NCBI GenBank assembly: GCA_029262115.1
Contig: JAJCZZ010000050.1
Span: 1 to 64,000, forward strand
Reading direction: 5' to 3'
DNA: 64,000 nt
Source: Gemmatimonadota bacterium
GTDB lineage: Bacteria; Gemmatimonadota; Gemmatimonadetes; Longimicrobiales; Gaopeijiaceae
Part shown: positions 1-8,365 of the stretch, piece by piece
How the letters are laid out: each line of letters starts with the position of its first letter
How positions within the stretch are numbered: the stretch's first letter is position 1
Notes under the pieces: model-generated
What the model was told of the DNA's origin: nothing
The model's input: only the letters and a program-made list of their open reading frames with translations
Databases searched by the model: none
Made by a program: the position numbers and the translations under genes

Positions 1-102
1 CCGTTCCGCTGGACCTTTACTCGCAAGGACCTGATGGCCTTGCTCATCAAGATCGAGAGGGCTCCCGAGTCAACCGACCTCCCCTCCCCTCTGGCCGCCT
101 GA
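1..102 (+). CDS. 3' end (last 33 codons) of an unidentified gene entering the window; ends TGA 100-102
   Basis: Open frame from nt 1 (PFRWTFTRKDLMALLIKIERAPESTDLPSPLAA*). Product unknown. The last 22 codons lie inside inverted repeat copy A. Confidence 0.3.
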   Translation, partial: PFRWTFTRKDLMALLIKIERAPESTDLPSPLAA

Positions 103-137
103 CTCGATACGTGCCCGTACTTACGTCTCAGAGGACT
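37..137. repeat. Inverted repeat copy A (101 bp); partner at 30829-30919 on the opposite strand, about 99/101 identical
   Basis: Direct comparison: the reverse complement of 37-137 matches 30829-30919, with mismatches at position 88 (near the GGGGAGGGGAGG core) and at the edge (position 137). Confidence 0.85.
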
Positions 138-243
138 TAGCTTGCTTCTAGACCGACCATTGCCTCAGCCGATCCATCGAGCCTTGGCTCCTCGGTGTGC
201 CGAGGGTGTAGAATCCCGAGAACACGAGCTTGGAGGACATGAG

Positions 244-426
244 ATGGCAGAACCAAGAGCCAAAAAACGGGTCCTGGACGCGGTCCGCAGCCTTCCCGAA
301 GACGCGACAGTGGAGGACGCCATGGAGCGCCTCTACTTTCTCGCCAAGGTCGAAGAGGGGCTCCGCCAGGCTGAGGCCGGGGAGACAATGAGCAATGAGG
401 AAGCCCGGAAGCGCATCTTCGGGTGA
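244..426 (+). CDS. Type II antitoxin (small addiction-module antidote, about 60 aa)
   Basis: MAEPRAKKRVLDAVRSLPEDATVEDAMERLYFLAKVEEGL... Its stop overlaps the GTG start of the downstream RelE/ParE toxin (GTGA). A paralogous remnant lies at 3258. Confidence 0.6.
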   Translation: MAEPRAKKRVLDAVRSLPEDATVEDAMERLYFLAKVEEGLRQAEAGETMSNEEARKRIFG

Positions 427-722
427 CCCGGATACGATGGACGGATCAGGCGGCTGATGACCTCAAGGCTATCCGAGAGTTCATCGAGCGCGATTCTCCT
501 CGGTACGGTCGCCTCGTCGCTGAGCGACTCTTTGACGCAACCCAGCGACTTGAAGTGTTCCCTCTTTCAGGGCGGGTCGTCCCTGAACTCGGGCGCGACG
601 ACGTTCGCGAAATCATCCTCGGGGAGTACCGCATCGTCTATCGTCTCAAGGGTGAGACCGTGCTGCTTGTTACGGTCTTCCGGTCATCACGGCTCTTTCC
701 GACTGCTCTTGCGGGCCTCTGA
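423..722 (+). CDS. RelE/ParE-family toxin (plasmid stabilisation system protein)
   Basis: 99 aa. The motif RIVYRL..ETVLLVTVFR and its size fit ParE/RelE. The start overlaps the antitoxin stop. Confidence 0.75.
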   Translation: MTRIRWTDQAADDLKAIREFIERDSPRYGRLVAERLFDATQRLEVFPLSGRVVPELGRDDVREIILGEYRIVYRLKGETVLLVTVFRSSRLFPTALAGL

Positions 723-938
723 TCCTGCGGCGCGCTTCTCTGACAAGGATTTCGAACTGCGGAACGGACGGGTGGCTCGTCCGACCAACTTGGCCCCCGC
801 GCACCGGCTCCGCCTGGCCGTGCCGGTGGACCGGCCGTAAGGTGGGCGTGTGTGCTACGGGTGGCCTGAGCGGGCGGATCCGGCCCGGCCGTCCATTTCG
901 CTTTACACCACCCGGAGCGGACTCTTGGCCTGCTCGTT

Positions 939-1367
939 GTGCACCCCGTGTATGGCGGGAGCGAAAGAGGCTACACGAGTAAGCAAGCTGCTGCGTTCGA
1001 AGGTATGGACGCGGTCGCCAGTCGGGCGGTCGCCGAGGGTGTGGAGGTCCTGCGCGAGATGTACTTCTCGCAGCTTCCGGAGGCCATGGCGCAGCCGGCC
1101 TGGGCCATGGCTTCTACCTTCGACCCCGGCAGCGTGACGACGACAAGTGGGTTTATCGCCTCCGGGGTCCAGCCATTCAGGTCGACTCATGAGCTCCACA
1201 ACCTTGCGGTACCGGTTCTTCTCGTCCGTGGAGCCGACGCGATCCACCCCACCGAGATTTCGGACCTGTATGCCGAGTCAGTGCCTGACCTCACCGTAGT
1301 GCCCCCAGGCGGAACAGATACCACGCACGCCATTCGTGCCTTCATGGACGACGCCGTCGCTTACTAA
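939..1367 (+). pseudogene. C-terminal fragment of an alpha/beta-hydrolase fold protein
   Basis: Only the C-terminal part (..VPVLLVRGADAIHPTEISDLYAESVPDLTVVPPGG..HA) is present. There is no N-terminal nucleophile region and a stop lies upstream. Confidence 0.4.
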
Positions 1368-1384
1368 CAAGGGCATCGAATGCG

Positions 1385-2077
1385 ATGCGATCTGGAGGGC
1401 GGTCTAACCGGACGGGTCGGTCTCGGGACTACCGGCTCCGCCTAGCCGTGCCGGCCAACAAGCCGTGGAGTGGGCCGTTCGCCGTCGATGCCGCGTGGGA
1501 ATCGAGGAACGGTCGTGCGGAACTGGCCAATCTGGTTGAACTGCTGCGGACCGATCTCAATCGGAACCTCGATAGACTAGCTGTGGCGCTTGACGAGGCA
1601 ACGGTTTCCGCGGCCGGAATGAGTCAACTGTTGAGGGTAATGGACGCACGAGAGGTCGTCCCTGGACACCCGCTCTTGGCCCTGCTCGGGTCGCCGTTTT
1701 CAGGATCCTCATTTGAGCCGGTAGCCGCGGCGTATGATGCCGTCACAAACTCGGCGTCCTGGGCGCGGATCCCTTCGGACGTAAAGGTCGCTCTGGCTGC
1801 CCTCGTAGGTTCCGCCAGTCGCAGTGACCTCCCATCTGTCCGAACGCAGAGCTACCTTGGCGCGTCCAGCGTTGCGGCGGAGTACGGAGGGCTACGTGCC
1901 TTCATGGAGAGTGGGGCCCTGGGATGGATGGGGACAGATGCTGAGTTCCTCACCCCTGATCCTGATGGCCTGCTCCGAGATCCCTATTTCGAACACTGGG
2001 TGGTAACCGTACTGGTCACCGAGCGCCGGGCGATGGATACGTTTCGCACCTGGCCAGACCAACTCGAAGCGATCTGA
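1385..2077 (+). CDS. Hypothetical protein (230 aa), no recognisable family
   Basis: Long ORF in the accessory patch. Its N-terminal codons overlap a 24-bp direct repeat also found at about 800. Confidence 0.35.
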   Translation: MRSGGRSNRTGRSRDYRLRLAVPANKPWSGPFAVDAAWESRNGRAELANLVELLRTDLNRNLDRLAVALDEATVSAAGMSQLLRVMDAREVVPGHPLLALLGSPFSGSSFEPVAAAYDAVTNSASWARIPSDVKVALAALVGSASRSDLPSVRTQSYLGASSVAAEYGGLRAFMESGALGWMGTDAEFLTPDPDGLLRDPYFEHWVVTVLVTERRAMDTFRTWPDQLEAI

Positions 2078-2127
2078 ACTTCACTGCGTTCTGGTGCTGC
2101 GCTAACAAGATGTTGAGTCCGAGCCTA

Positions 2128-2484
2128 TCAGAGCTGGGAGAGCTCGACGAATCTTTGCCGGACGATGTCAAGTAGCCGAGGAATCCTGGCCGCGTCTGAG
2201 AGTGCACCGTCCAACGCATAGGTGGCATCGGCGTGCTCAAGGAATCGTCGGGCTCGTTCTGCCATCCAGTCTCGGACCGTGTCCGGACTTGAAGCCACGT
2301 CATCAACGACGTTTTCGCGGCCAGCGACTACCGCGATGATGTCCTCAAGATCGTGACTCCCGAGCAGATCGTCGCCACCTCGACCTTCAAAGGTCTCCCA
2401 TTTCGTCGCCAGGAATAGGGCCGGGGTAGGAATCCTAATCGTGATTTCGTCGTCCAGGTCGTAAGTCACGAACTCCCCCGGCAC
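2128..2484 (-). CDS. Small protein (118 aa) resembling the C-terminal region of AbiEii-type nucleotidyltransferase toxins; also has an R-x6-H motif
   Basis: LFLATKWETFEGRGGDDLLGSHDLEDIIAVV resembles the AbiEii C-terminal motif. The N-terminal nucleotidyltransferase domain is absent because of an in-frame upstream stop. GTG start. Family call is tentative. Confidence 0.4.
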   Translation of the reverse strand: MPGEFVTYDLDDEITIRIPTPALFLATKWETFEGRGGDDLLGSHDLEDIIAVVAGRENVVDDVASSPDTVRDWMAERARRFLEHADATYALDGALSDAARIPRLLDIVRQRFVELSQL

Positions 2485-2608
2485 CAGGGGAGGTGACGAG
2501 GAGTTCGGCTACCTGGCCCCCGACGAAAACGACTTCGTTCAGCAATGGTTTGAGGGCGTTCGCCGCTTCAAGGAGAAGATATCGGTTCGGCCCCCATGTC
2601 CCGCCGGC

Positions 2609-3127
2609 TCATAGCCATCGGCCGAGTTCATCTTCAAGCAGTGTCTTCGCGAGCTTGCGCTCGCGGGCCCGTCCCACTCGCAGGGCATCGACTAGCGTCA
2701 ATAGGCGGTAGAGCGGCGGATTCTTGACTACCATCGAAGGCGCGGAGGAGCAGAGCGGTACGAGGGCCATGCCCCGCGAGTGGCCTTCGGCGCTTGGCCA
2801 AACAACGCCATGGGATGCGCTCATGCGATCGGCGAGCACCGGCCCTGAGAAGGCCGTTGGCACGCCCTGGGTTTCTGGTCCGAGCTCGCCGGGAAAGACG
2901 TATGGCACTCCGCTCACCAAGAAGTCTAGGAGGGCCTGATGGTTCGCCTCTCTAAGGTGGGAGATGTAAAGCCTGGCGACCTCAAGTCGCTTCGTGGCGT
3001 TGTGTGCCTCACCGACGCTGAGACCCACGGAGGCCGCTAGACCCCGGAACGTGACGCCGGGCCTTTGTACTAGTTGTAGGAGGACGCAAACGTCATGAGG
3101 GCGTAGCGCAAGCGGTTTCTGGCTCAT
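2609..3127 (-). CDS. Winged-helix DNA-binding protein (172 aa), upstream partner of 2128-2484; candidate AbiEi-like antitoxin/regulator
   Basis: N-terminal wHTH-like segment (LLQLVQRPGVTFRGLAASVGLSVGEAHNATKRL). Same strand, 125 bp upstream of its partner. Confidence 0.5.
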   Translation of the reverse strand: MSQKPLALRPHDVCVLLQLVQRPGVTFRGLAASVGLSVGEAHNATKRLEVARLYISHLREANHQALLDFLVSGVPYVFPGELGPETQGVPTAFSGPVLADRMSASHGVVWPSAEGHSRGMALVPLCSSAPSMVVKNPPLYRLLTLVDALRVGRARERKLAKTLLEDELGRWL

Positions 3128-3257
3128 TTCGGTCCCTGACTCCGTTGTTCATGAACGGTGAACGTCGTTCTTTTCGTTGACATCTTAGTAGACATGAGCA
3201 ACAGTTGTTCATTACTTATGAACAGTCAAGTGGAACAGGACATGGTAGGAACGAGAG

Positions 3258-3440
3258 ATGTCGGAGCCGAAAGCCAAAGAGCGGGTTCTCGACGCGGTGC
3301 GCGGCCTTCCCGAAGACGCGACAGTCGAGGACGCCATGGGCCGCCTCTACTTCCTCGCCAAGGTCGAAGAGGGGCTCCGCGATTCTCCCCGGTGCGCGCG
3401 ACTCGTCGCTGAGCGACTCCGGCCTGACGGAGGTCTATGA
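3258..3440 (+). pseudogene. Degenerate paralog of the 244-722 TA pair; an internal deletion fuses the antitoxin N-terminus to a toxin fragment
   Basis: DNA at 3258-3380 aligns to antitoxin 244-365. After ...gaggggctccgc it jumps straight to toxin sequence gattctcc..cgactcgtcgctgagcgactc (toxin residues DSPRYGRLVAERL). Confidence 0.6.
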
Positions 3441-4174
3441 GGACGTGGCGAAGACATGGGTTTGCGGTAGTCCCGCTCGTCGCGGCGGGCCTGCTCATAC
3501 CCGCAAGCCTTCAGTCCCAAGAACAGTCGGAAGGCCGAGTGGTGGATTGTCAGATACCGGACAGTCCGCACCTGGTGGGCCAAGTGCGTGACCGGGCGAC
3601 CGGCTTTCCCCTGGAACAGGCTCTGGTGTATTCCCGGAACCTCGCGTGCGGTGCCCTGACCGACGCAGACGGACGGTTTGTGCTGCGACGATTCGGCTTC
3701 ACCGCCGTAGTTGTCGAAGCCATTGGCTACGAGCGGATTGAGTTTGAGCTCGAGGGCGCCAAGGACACCCTACGGGTCGACGTGGAAATGGAGTCGGCAG
3801 CCGGACCGCGCCACGAGGTCGTGGAGGACTTCACGCGGCTCGCCGGCAAGCCGCTGGCTCTTCCGAATCCGGTCGGCGTGGCGGGCTGCTACTGGATGGG
3901 CGGCGGACCGTGGGCCGAAGAGACTCTGGAGCTCCGCGCGGAAGGTCGGGTGACGCCAGAGTTCCAACCCGGGTACCGGGGGCACTGGGTGCTTGAGGAG
4001 TCCGGAGAGGCCATCCGGATCTCAAGGATGTTTACGCCGGATGCTGGCGAAGGCGCGCGGCTGGCGTTGGGGACGGACCCTGATTGGGGCCACCTCGAAC
4101 TGCGAATCAATAGCTACCGCATGTTCGACTCGACGGAAACGCTCACTTTCGCCGTGAGGGTGCCGTGCTCTTGA
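3437..4174 (+). CDS. Secreted protein with N-terminal carboxypeptidase-regulatory-like (CarboxypepD_reg) domain
   Basis: Signal peptide, then GQVRDRATGFPLEQALVYSRNLACGALTDADGRFVL. The ATG overlaps the remnant's stop (ATGA). Confidence 0.55.
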   Translation: MRTWRRHGFAVVPLVAAGLLIPASLQSQEQSEGRVVDCQIPDSPHLVGQVRDRATGFPLEQALVYSRNLACGALTDADGRFVLRRFGFTAVVVEAIGYERIEFELEGAKDTLRVDVEMESAAGPRHEVVEDFTRLAGKPLALPNPVGVAGCYWMGGGPWAEETLELRAEGRVTPEFQPGYRGHWVLEESGEAIRISRMFTPDAGEGARLALGTDPDWGHLELRINSYRMFDSTETLTFAVRVPCS

Positions 4175-4607
4175 ATAGGTAGAATCCCGAAAGATGTTCG
4201 GCGAGCCAGTCGGCGCTCTCCGCTGTAGAAGCAGTCCTTGAGCGCTGTAGCGTCGTTCCCAGAGGAGACACGCTCGGCCTGATCTGCTTGGGCTTCGTAT
4301 TCAAGAGATCGACCAGGGATGCTTCGGTCCCTTCGATCTGGCTCGAGAGCACGGCTTCCCGGCGGACGTACATGAATACGAACCGATTTGGGTTGGGGAG
4401 GATCTCGGCAGAGCCTACTTTGCCCAAGGACAGGGTCGCCCTCTCCAGAAGGTCACCCAGGGGGGCGAGGGCCAGATCATTCGGTGGGAACGGCTTGGGG
4501 ATGAAGGCGTCGAAGCCACCCGATTGGCGCCGAAGGACTCCAGCTCGCTGGGACAGGGACTTGGCCAAGAGCGATCCTTCGATGAAATAAGGAAGCTTAG
4601 AGCCCAC
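4143..4607 (-). pseudogene. Fic-family protein, N-terminal (Fic_N) fragment only
   Basis: FIPKPFPP..LALAPLGDLLERATLSLGKV..LPNPNRFVFMYVRREAVLSSQIEGTEASLVDLL is the Fic N-terminal domain. The catalytic HPFx[DE]GNGR region is absent and the ORF stops after 154 aa. Confidence 0.55.
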
Positions 4608-4615
4608 TCTCGGTC

Positions 4616-4726
4616 TTATAAGAATAAGTGCGCAGCTTTATTTCTTGGCGCCGCCGAATCGTCGGCCCAGGATTTGCGATTCAGGAGCACATCGAGCACG
4701 ACGTTGATGTCCAGGAAGAGACGCAC
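4616..4726 (-). pseudogene. 5' fragment of a VapC-like PIN-domain toxin (36 codons)
   Basis: GTG-RLFLDINVVLDVLLNRKSW... then a stop. It sits directly after the stop of an antitoxin-like remnant (TAAGTG). Confidence 0.35.
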
Positions 4727-4973
4727 TTACGAGTACTTCTCGTCCAGGTGGCGCCTGTAGTCCTTGATCGAGGCATCCTCTGGAAGGATGCCGCGGAGCC
4801 TCTGGACCCATGCGCGAGGTCGGGTTCGGAAGGCGCGTCGAGTCGACTCATATACTCGGTGACCAGCTTCGAAAGGCTGGTGTTGTGTTGAGTGCTCTAG
4901 CGGCGTGCTCGCTCGATCACGCGCTCATCGACGCTCAGTGTGAGCTTTCTCTTAGCCCGGGCTTAGAACTCAT
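4727..4973 (-). pseudogene. Decayed VapB-like antitoxin (frameshifts plus an in-frame TAG)
   Basis: Pieces in different frames: MSSKPGL.., KLTLSVDERVIERARR*STQHNTSLSKLVTEYMSRL, and C-terminal ..WVQRLRGILPEDASIKDYRRHLDEKYS*. Confidence 0.35.
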
Positions 4974-5092
4974 GCGCTGCCCCTCGTACGTGTTGGTATA
5001 CCAAAAGCGTACGCACTCAAAGGTGGCGACAAGTCTAAGCCTGCCCCCCCACCGCCTTGAAATCCCCCCCAAACGTCCGCGTAGGAAAGTGC

Positions 5093-6118
5093 ATGGTGCA
5101 CTTTCCCACACCTCCGGTTCGCGGCCTCGCTCTCCTTGCTGTCATCACGACCACCGCCTTCGGCTGCGACGACCCGGGCCCCACCGTCATCGACCACACG
5201 GAGCGGGACCCGTCCCCCGAGCTGAAGACCATCGACGGCTCGTGGCGACGCGGTCCGGACATCCCTCGAGGCCTGTTCCGCCCTGAGGTCCACTACCACG
5301 GCGGTATGATCTATCTGGTCGGGGGTGCCACGGTCTTCTACGGGAGCGACTCGGGCACCACCGACCACCTCTGGGTTCTGGACCCTGCCGGGGGCGATTG
5401 GCAGCGCGAGACCGACTATCCGGTGGACGGGATGCGCATTTCCCTCATGTCTCGAGGCGATACCCTCTACGGCGTCGGCGGGCAGCGCTTCCCGGGAGGC
5501 CGTTGGGACCGCCTCTTCCGCCTCGCGCCGGGATCCGACGAGTGGGAACGGATGCCGTTTGAGGACGGGCCTGTGGGGCGCCTCGACTGGGAGAGCGTCG
5601 GCGACCGCCACCTCGTGCTCTGGGAGGAGGGGGAGGGTCAGCTCTACGAGTTCCACCCGGAAGACCTGACGTGGACGGAGTTGGCCCCGATGACGCTCGC
5701 TCGTGCCGACATCGCGTGGGTTTCGGTCAACGGGATCCCCTATGCTGTGTTTGGAAAGGACCTGGCGGTTATCGTGACGCAGGGGACCTACATCGATCGG
5801 TACGACCCGGTCGCGAACACGTGGAACCGCGCGACCTCTGCCTATGCCAGCCGGACCGATCCCGGGGTCGCGGTCCTGAACGGTAGAATCCACGTGGTGG
5901 GCGGCCGGTCCAGCGACTCGCCCCGTACCACGGACCACTTCGCCTACGATCCGGAGCAAGACGAGTGGTTCCGCGCCCCCGATCTGCCAATGCCCCATGT
6001 CGGTTTGTTCGGGGTGGAGGTGGACGGCGAGCTCTGGTTCATGGGCGGCGGGTCGGATGGTGCACCCAACGGCCTCAGCCGAGAGGTGTGGGTGTTTACC
6101 CCGGCGGGGGTTCCGTAA
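5093..6118 (+). CDS. Kelch-repeat lipoprotein
   Basis: MVHFPTPPVRGLALLAVITTTAFGC lipobox; repeated ..GG..Y.VGG.. Kelch blades. The long antisense ORF 4970-5998 is rejected. Confidence 0.75.
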   Translation: MVHFPTPPVRGLALLAVITTTAFGCDDPGPTVIDHTERDPSPELKTIDGSWRRGPDIPRGLFRPEVHYHGGMIYLVGGATVFYGSDSGTTDHLWVLDPAGGDWQRETDYPVDGMRISLMSRGDTLYGVGGQRFPGGRWDRLFRLAPGSDEWERMPFEDGPVGRLDWESVGDRHLVLWEEGEGQLYEFHPEDLTWTELAPMTLARADIAWVSVNGIPYAVFGKDLAVIVTQGTYIDRYDPVANTWNRATSAYASRTDPGVAVLNGRIHVVGGRSSDSPRTTDHFAYDPEQDEWFRAPDLPMPHVGLFGVEVDGELWFMGGGSDGAPNGLSREVWVFTPAGVP

Positions 6119-6188
6119 GGAAACGCGCCAACATCGTGTCTGCCCTACTGTTGCCCTCTGTAGCGCTCGGCCCTACCTACACCCCACC

Positions 6189-6362
6189 TCAGCCTCCTAC
6201 CTTGCGCGCCTTGCGCGCCCCAAGCGCCATCGCGCTGAGAACGACCACAAAGCCCAGCAGCGTCGCACCGGGAGAGTCGTCGTAGCCGCCGAATACGGCA
6301 AAGGCTCCGCCGAGAGCCGCGAGTGCAATGGGGGCGATAGCTGTGAGCACGGCTTTCATCAT
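6189..6362 (-). CDS. Small hydrophobic protein (about 57 aa)
   Basis: MMKAVLTAIAPIALAALGGAFAVFGGYDDSPGATLLGFVVVLSAMALGARKARKVGG. GGAGAG sits 5 nt upstream of ATG. Below the ORF-track length cutoff. Confidence 0.3.
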   Translation of the reverse strand: MMKAVLTAIAPIALAALGGAFAVFGGYDDSPGATLLGFVVVLSAMALGARKARKVGG

Positions 6363-6563
6363 CTCTCCTAATGAGGTCGTTCACGCAGTGTACTCTGTGT
6401 TGCAAAGTACCGCAAGCGGCAGTTCCCAGTCACAGCGGTCCTACGTCGTCCGGCGGGTACCAAGCAAACGGATCTGCGGCGCCGCACTTGCAACCCTCCC
6501 CGTCTAGACTCCCCCCCACAACCGCGTTAGTCTGGCCTCTCAACCAGGTGCAAGGAGCGCGGT

Positions 6564-8360
6564 GTGCGGATCGACGTGGTGAGGGGGGCGTGCCTGTGTG
6601 CGGCGGCGCTCCTGTTTTCGAGTGGGGCCCAGGCCCAGTCCACGAGCTACCAGGACTTCGACGGGATCACGCGAGAGCTTCGTTCTCTCGTGAACGGCAG
6701 TCCCCACGCGAGCATGCGATCGCTCGCATCGTCCCACGAGGGCCGGGAGATCTGGCTCGTCGAGATCGGCAACCCGGCGGGCACACCACTCGACCAACGC
6801 CCCGGCGTTCTGGTCGTCGGCAACCTCGAAGGCGACCACCTGATCGGAAGCCATCTGGCCGTCGAGACGGTCCGCTACCTGCTCACCGATCCGAGCGCCG
6901 CCCGCCTCCGCGACGAGCAGGTCGTCTACGTGGTGCCCCGGCTCAACCCGGATGGTGCCGAGGCCATGTTTGCGCGGATCAAGCGTGATCGTAAGCGGAA
7001 CGCGCGTCCGTTCGACGACGACAACGACGGTCGGGTCGACGAGGATCCCCCGGAGGATTTGAATGGGGATGGCTTGATCACCCTCATGCGCGAGCCGGAT
7101 CCGTCGGGCGACTTCATAATCGATCCGGACGACCCGCGTCTGATGAAGCGCGCGGACCGAGCGGCCGGCGAGACCGGCGCGTACACGCTGCACGTGGAAG
7201 GCACCGACACGGACGGCGACGGCTTTCTGAACGAGGACGGGCCGGGCGGCGTCGACCTCAACCGCAACTGGCAGCACGTCTATCCCTACTGGGAGCGCGA
7301 CGCCGGCCCCCACATGGTCAGCGAGCCGGAGACGCGCGCCCTGATGGACTTCATGGTCGAGCGCGAACACATCGGTGCGGTGCTCGCCTTCGGTCATTCG
7401 GACAACCTGGTCGGCGGCACCGACTCCGCCGGTGAGTTCGACGGCGACCAACTCATCCAGCTCGACGCGTTCGCGGCCGAGCCCAACAGCGAGATCTTCG
7501 AGGTCGGCGTCTTCTCGACGGGCGGCGGGGGCGGCTTCTTCGGCTTCGGCCCCCGCGTTGGGGCTGGCGGCGTTCCTCTTCGCGGCGCGCAGCCGGGTCG
7601 GGACAACGATCCCCAATCGGGCCGCCGTCCGGCCGTCGTGGTCGACGCCGAGGATCGCGACTACTTCAACGCGGTCTCCGAGGCCTACAAGGAGATCACC
7701 GGCATCGAAGAGGTGCTCGTGAACCGCGAACCGGAGGGCGCCTTCTTCCAGATGGCGTACTTCCAGCGGGGGATTCCAGCGTTCTCGACTCAGGGATGGG
7801 GCGCCACGGACGAGGTCGACGGCTCCACCGCGGACGAGAAGGTCCTGGCCTGGGCGGACTCGGCAGATGTGGATGTCTTTGCGGACTGGTCGCCCTTCAC
7901 GCACCCGGAGTTGGGCGCCGTTGAGATCGGCGGCTTCCGCCCGTACGCGGCCACGAACCCACCGGCCCCTTCCGCCGAGGGCGGTCGCCAGCACGGCCAG
8001 TTCGTCGTGCGCCTGGCAGAGATGCTCCCGCGGGTCCGCATCGTCGAAACGGACGTGACGGCCCACGGCGGCGGCGTCTTCACGGTCACGGCCGAGGTCG
8101 AGAACACGGGCTTCCTGCCGACCACACTCCAGCACGGCGTCGTGTCACGGTCGGTGGACCAGACGCTCGTTCAGATCCAGATCGACCCGGACCGGATCCT
8201 CACGGGCGCGGACAAGTCGAGCCGTGTCCAGAAACTGGAAGGATCGGGGAGCCGGTCGACGTTCTCCTGGGTGATACGGGGACGAACGGGAGAATCGGTC
8301 GAGATTATGGTGCGGTCGGAGCACGGCGGCACGCACACTACCAGCGCCCGGTTGAGGTAG
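6564..8360 (+). CDS. M14-family zinc carboxypeptidase, secreted
   Basis: Signal peptide; EIWLVEIGNP..VVPRLNPDG..; Asp-rich insert DDDNDGRVDEDPPEDLNGDG. GTG start with AGGAG upstream. Confidence 0.85.
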   Translation: MRIDVVRGACLCAAALLFSSGAQAQSTSYQDFDGITRELRSLVNGSPHASMRSLASSHEGREIWLVEIGNPAGTPLDQRPGVLVVGNLEGDHLIGSHLAVETVRYLLTDPSAARLRDEQVVYVVPRLNPDGAEAMFARIKRDRKRNARPFDDDNDGRVDEDPPEDLNGDGLITLMREPDPSGDFIIDPDDPRLMKRADRAAGETGAYTLHVEGTDTDGDGFLNEDGPGGVDLNRNWQHVYPYWERDAGPHMVSEPETRALMDFMVEREHIGAVLAFGHSDNLVGGTDSAGEFDGDQLIQLDAFAAEPNSEIFEVGVFSTGGGGGFFGFGPRVGAGGVPLRGAQPGRDNDPQSGRRPAVVVDAEDRDYFNAVSEAYKEITGIEEVLVNREPEGAFFQMAYFQRGIPAFSTQGWGATDEVDGSTADEKVLAWADSADVDVFADWSPFTHPELGAVEIGGFRPYAATNPPAPSAEGGRQHGQFVVRLAEMLPRVRIVETDVTAHGGGVFTVTAEVENTGFLPTTLQHGVVSRSVDQTLVQIQIDPDRILTGADKSSRVQKLEGSGSRSTFSWVIRGRTGESVEIMVRSEHGGTHTTSARLR

Positions 8361-8365
8361 TCGCC

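Noticed and set aside
740-790. tRNA-like TTCGAA motif (GGATTTCGAACTGCGG) downstream of the toxin gene
   Set aside because: No complementary T-stem and no acceptor or anticodon arms can be built. It is not a tRNA or tRNA fragment.
1-5056. Possible prophage or integrative element
   Set aside because: No integrase, transposase, structural or replication genes are present. It contains only TA/defence remnants, so it is treated as a decayed accessory patch.
6540-8135. 531-aa minus-strand ORF. This is one of many long antisense or alternative-frame ORFs in the track. Others include 4970-5998(-), 8861-10036(-), 13133-14605(+), 16619-18673(+), 22017-23591(-), 24833-27175(+), 38605-39753(-), 38787-40082(-), 43245-44606(-), 47730-49472(+), 52341-53582(-) and 61465-63558(-).
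   Set aside because: Each lies opposite, or out of frame with, a gene whose translation has recognisable family motifs. Their products are Arg/Pro/Gly-rich low-complexity sequences typical of stop-poor frames in about 68% GC DNA.
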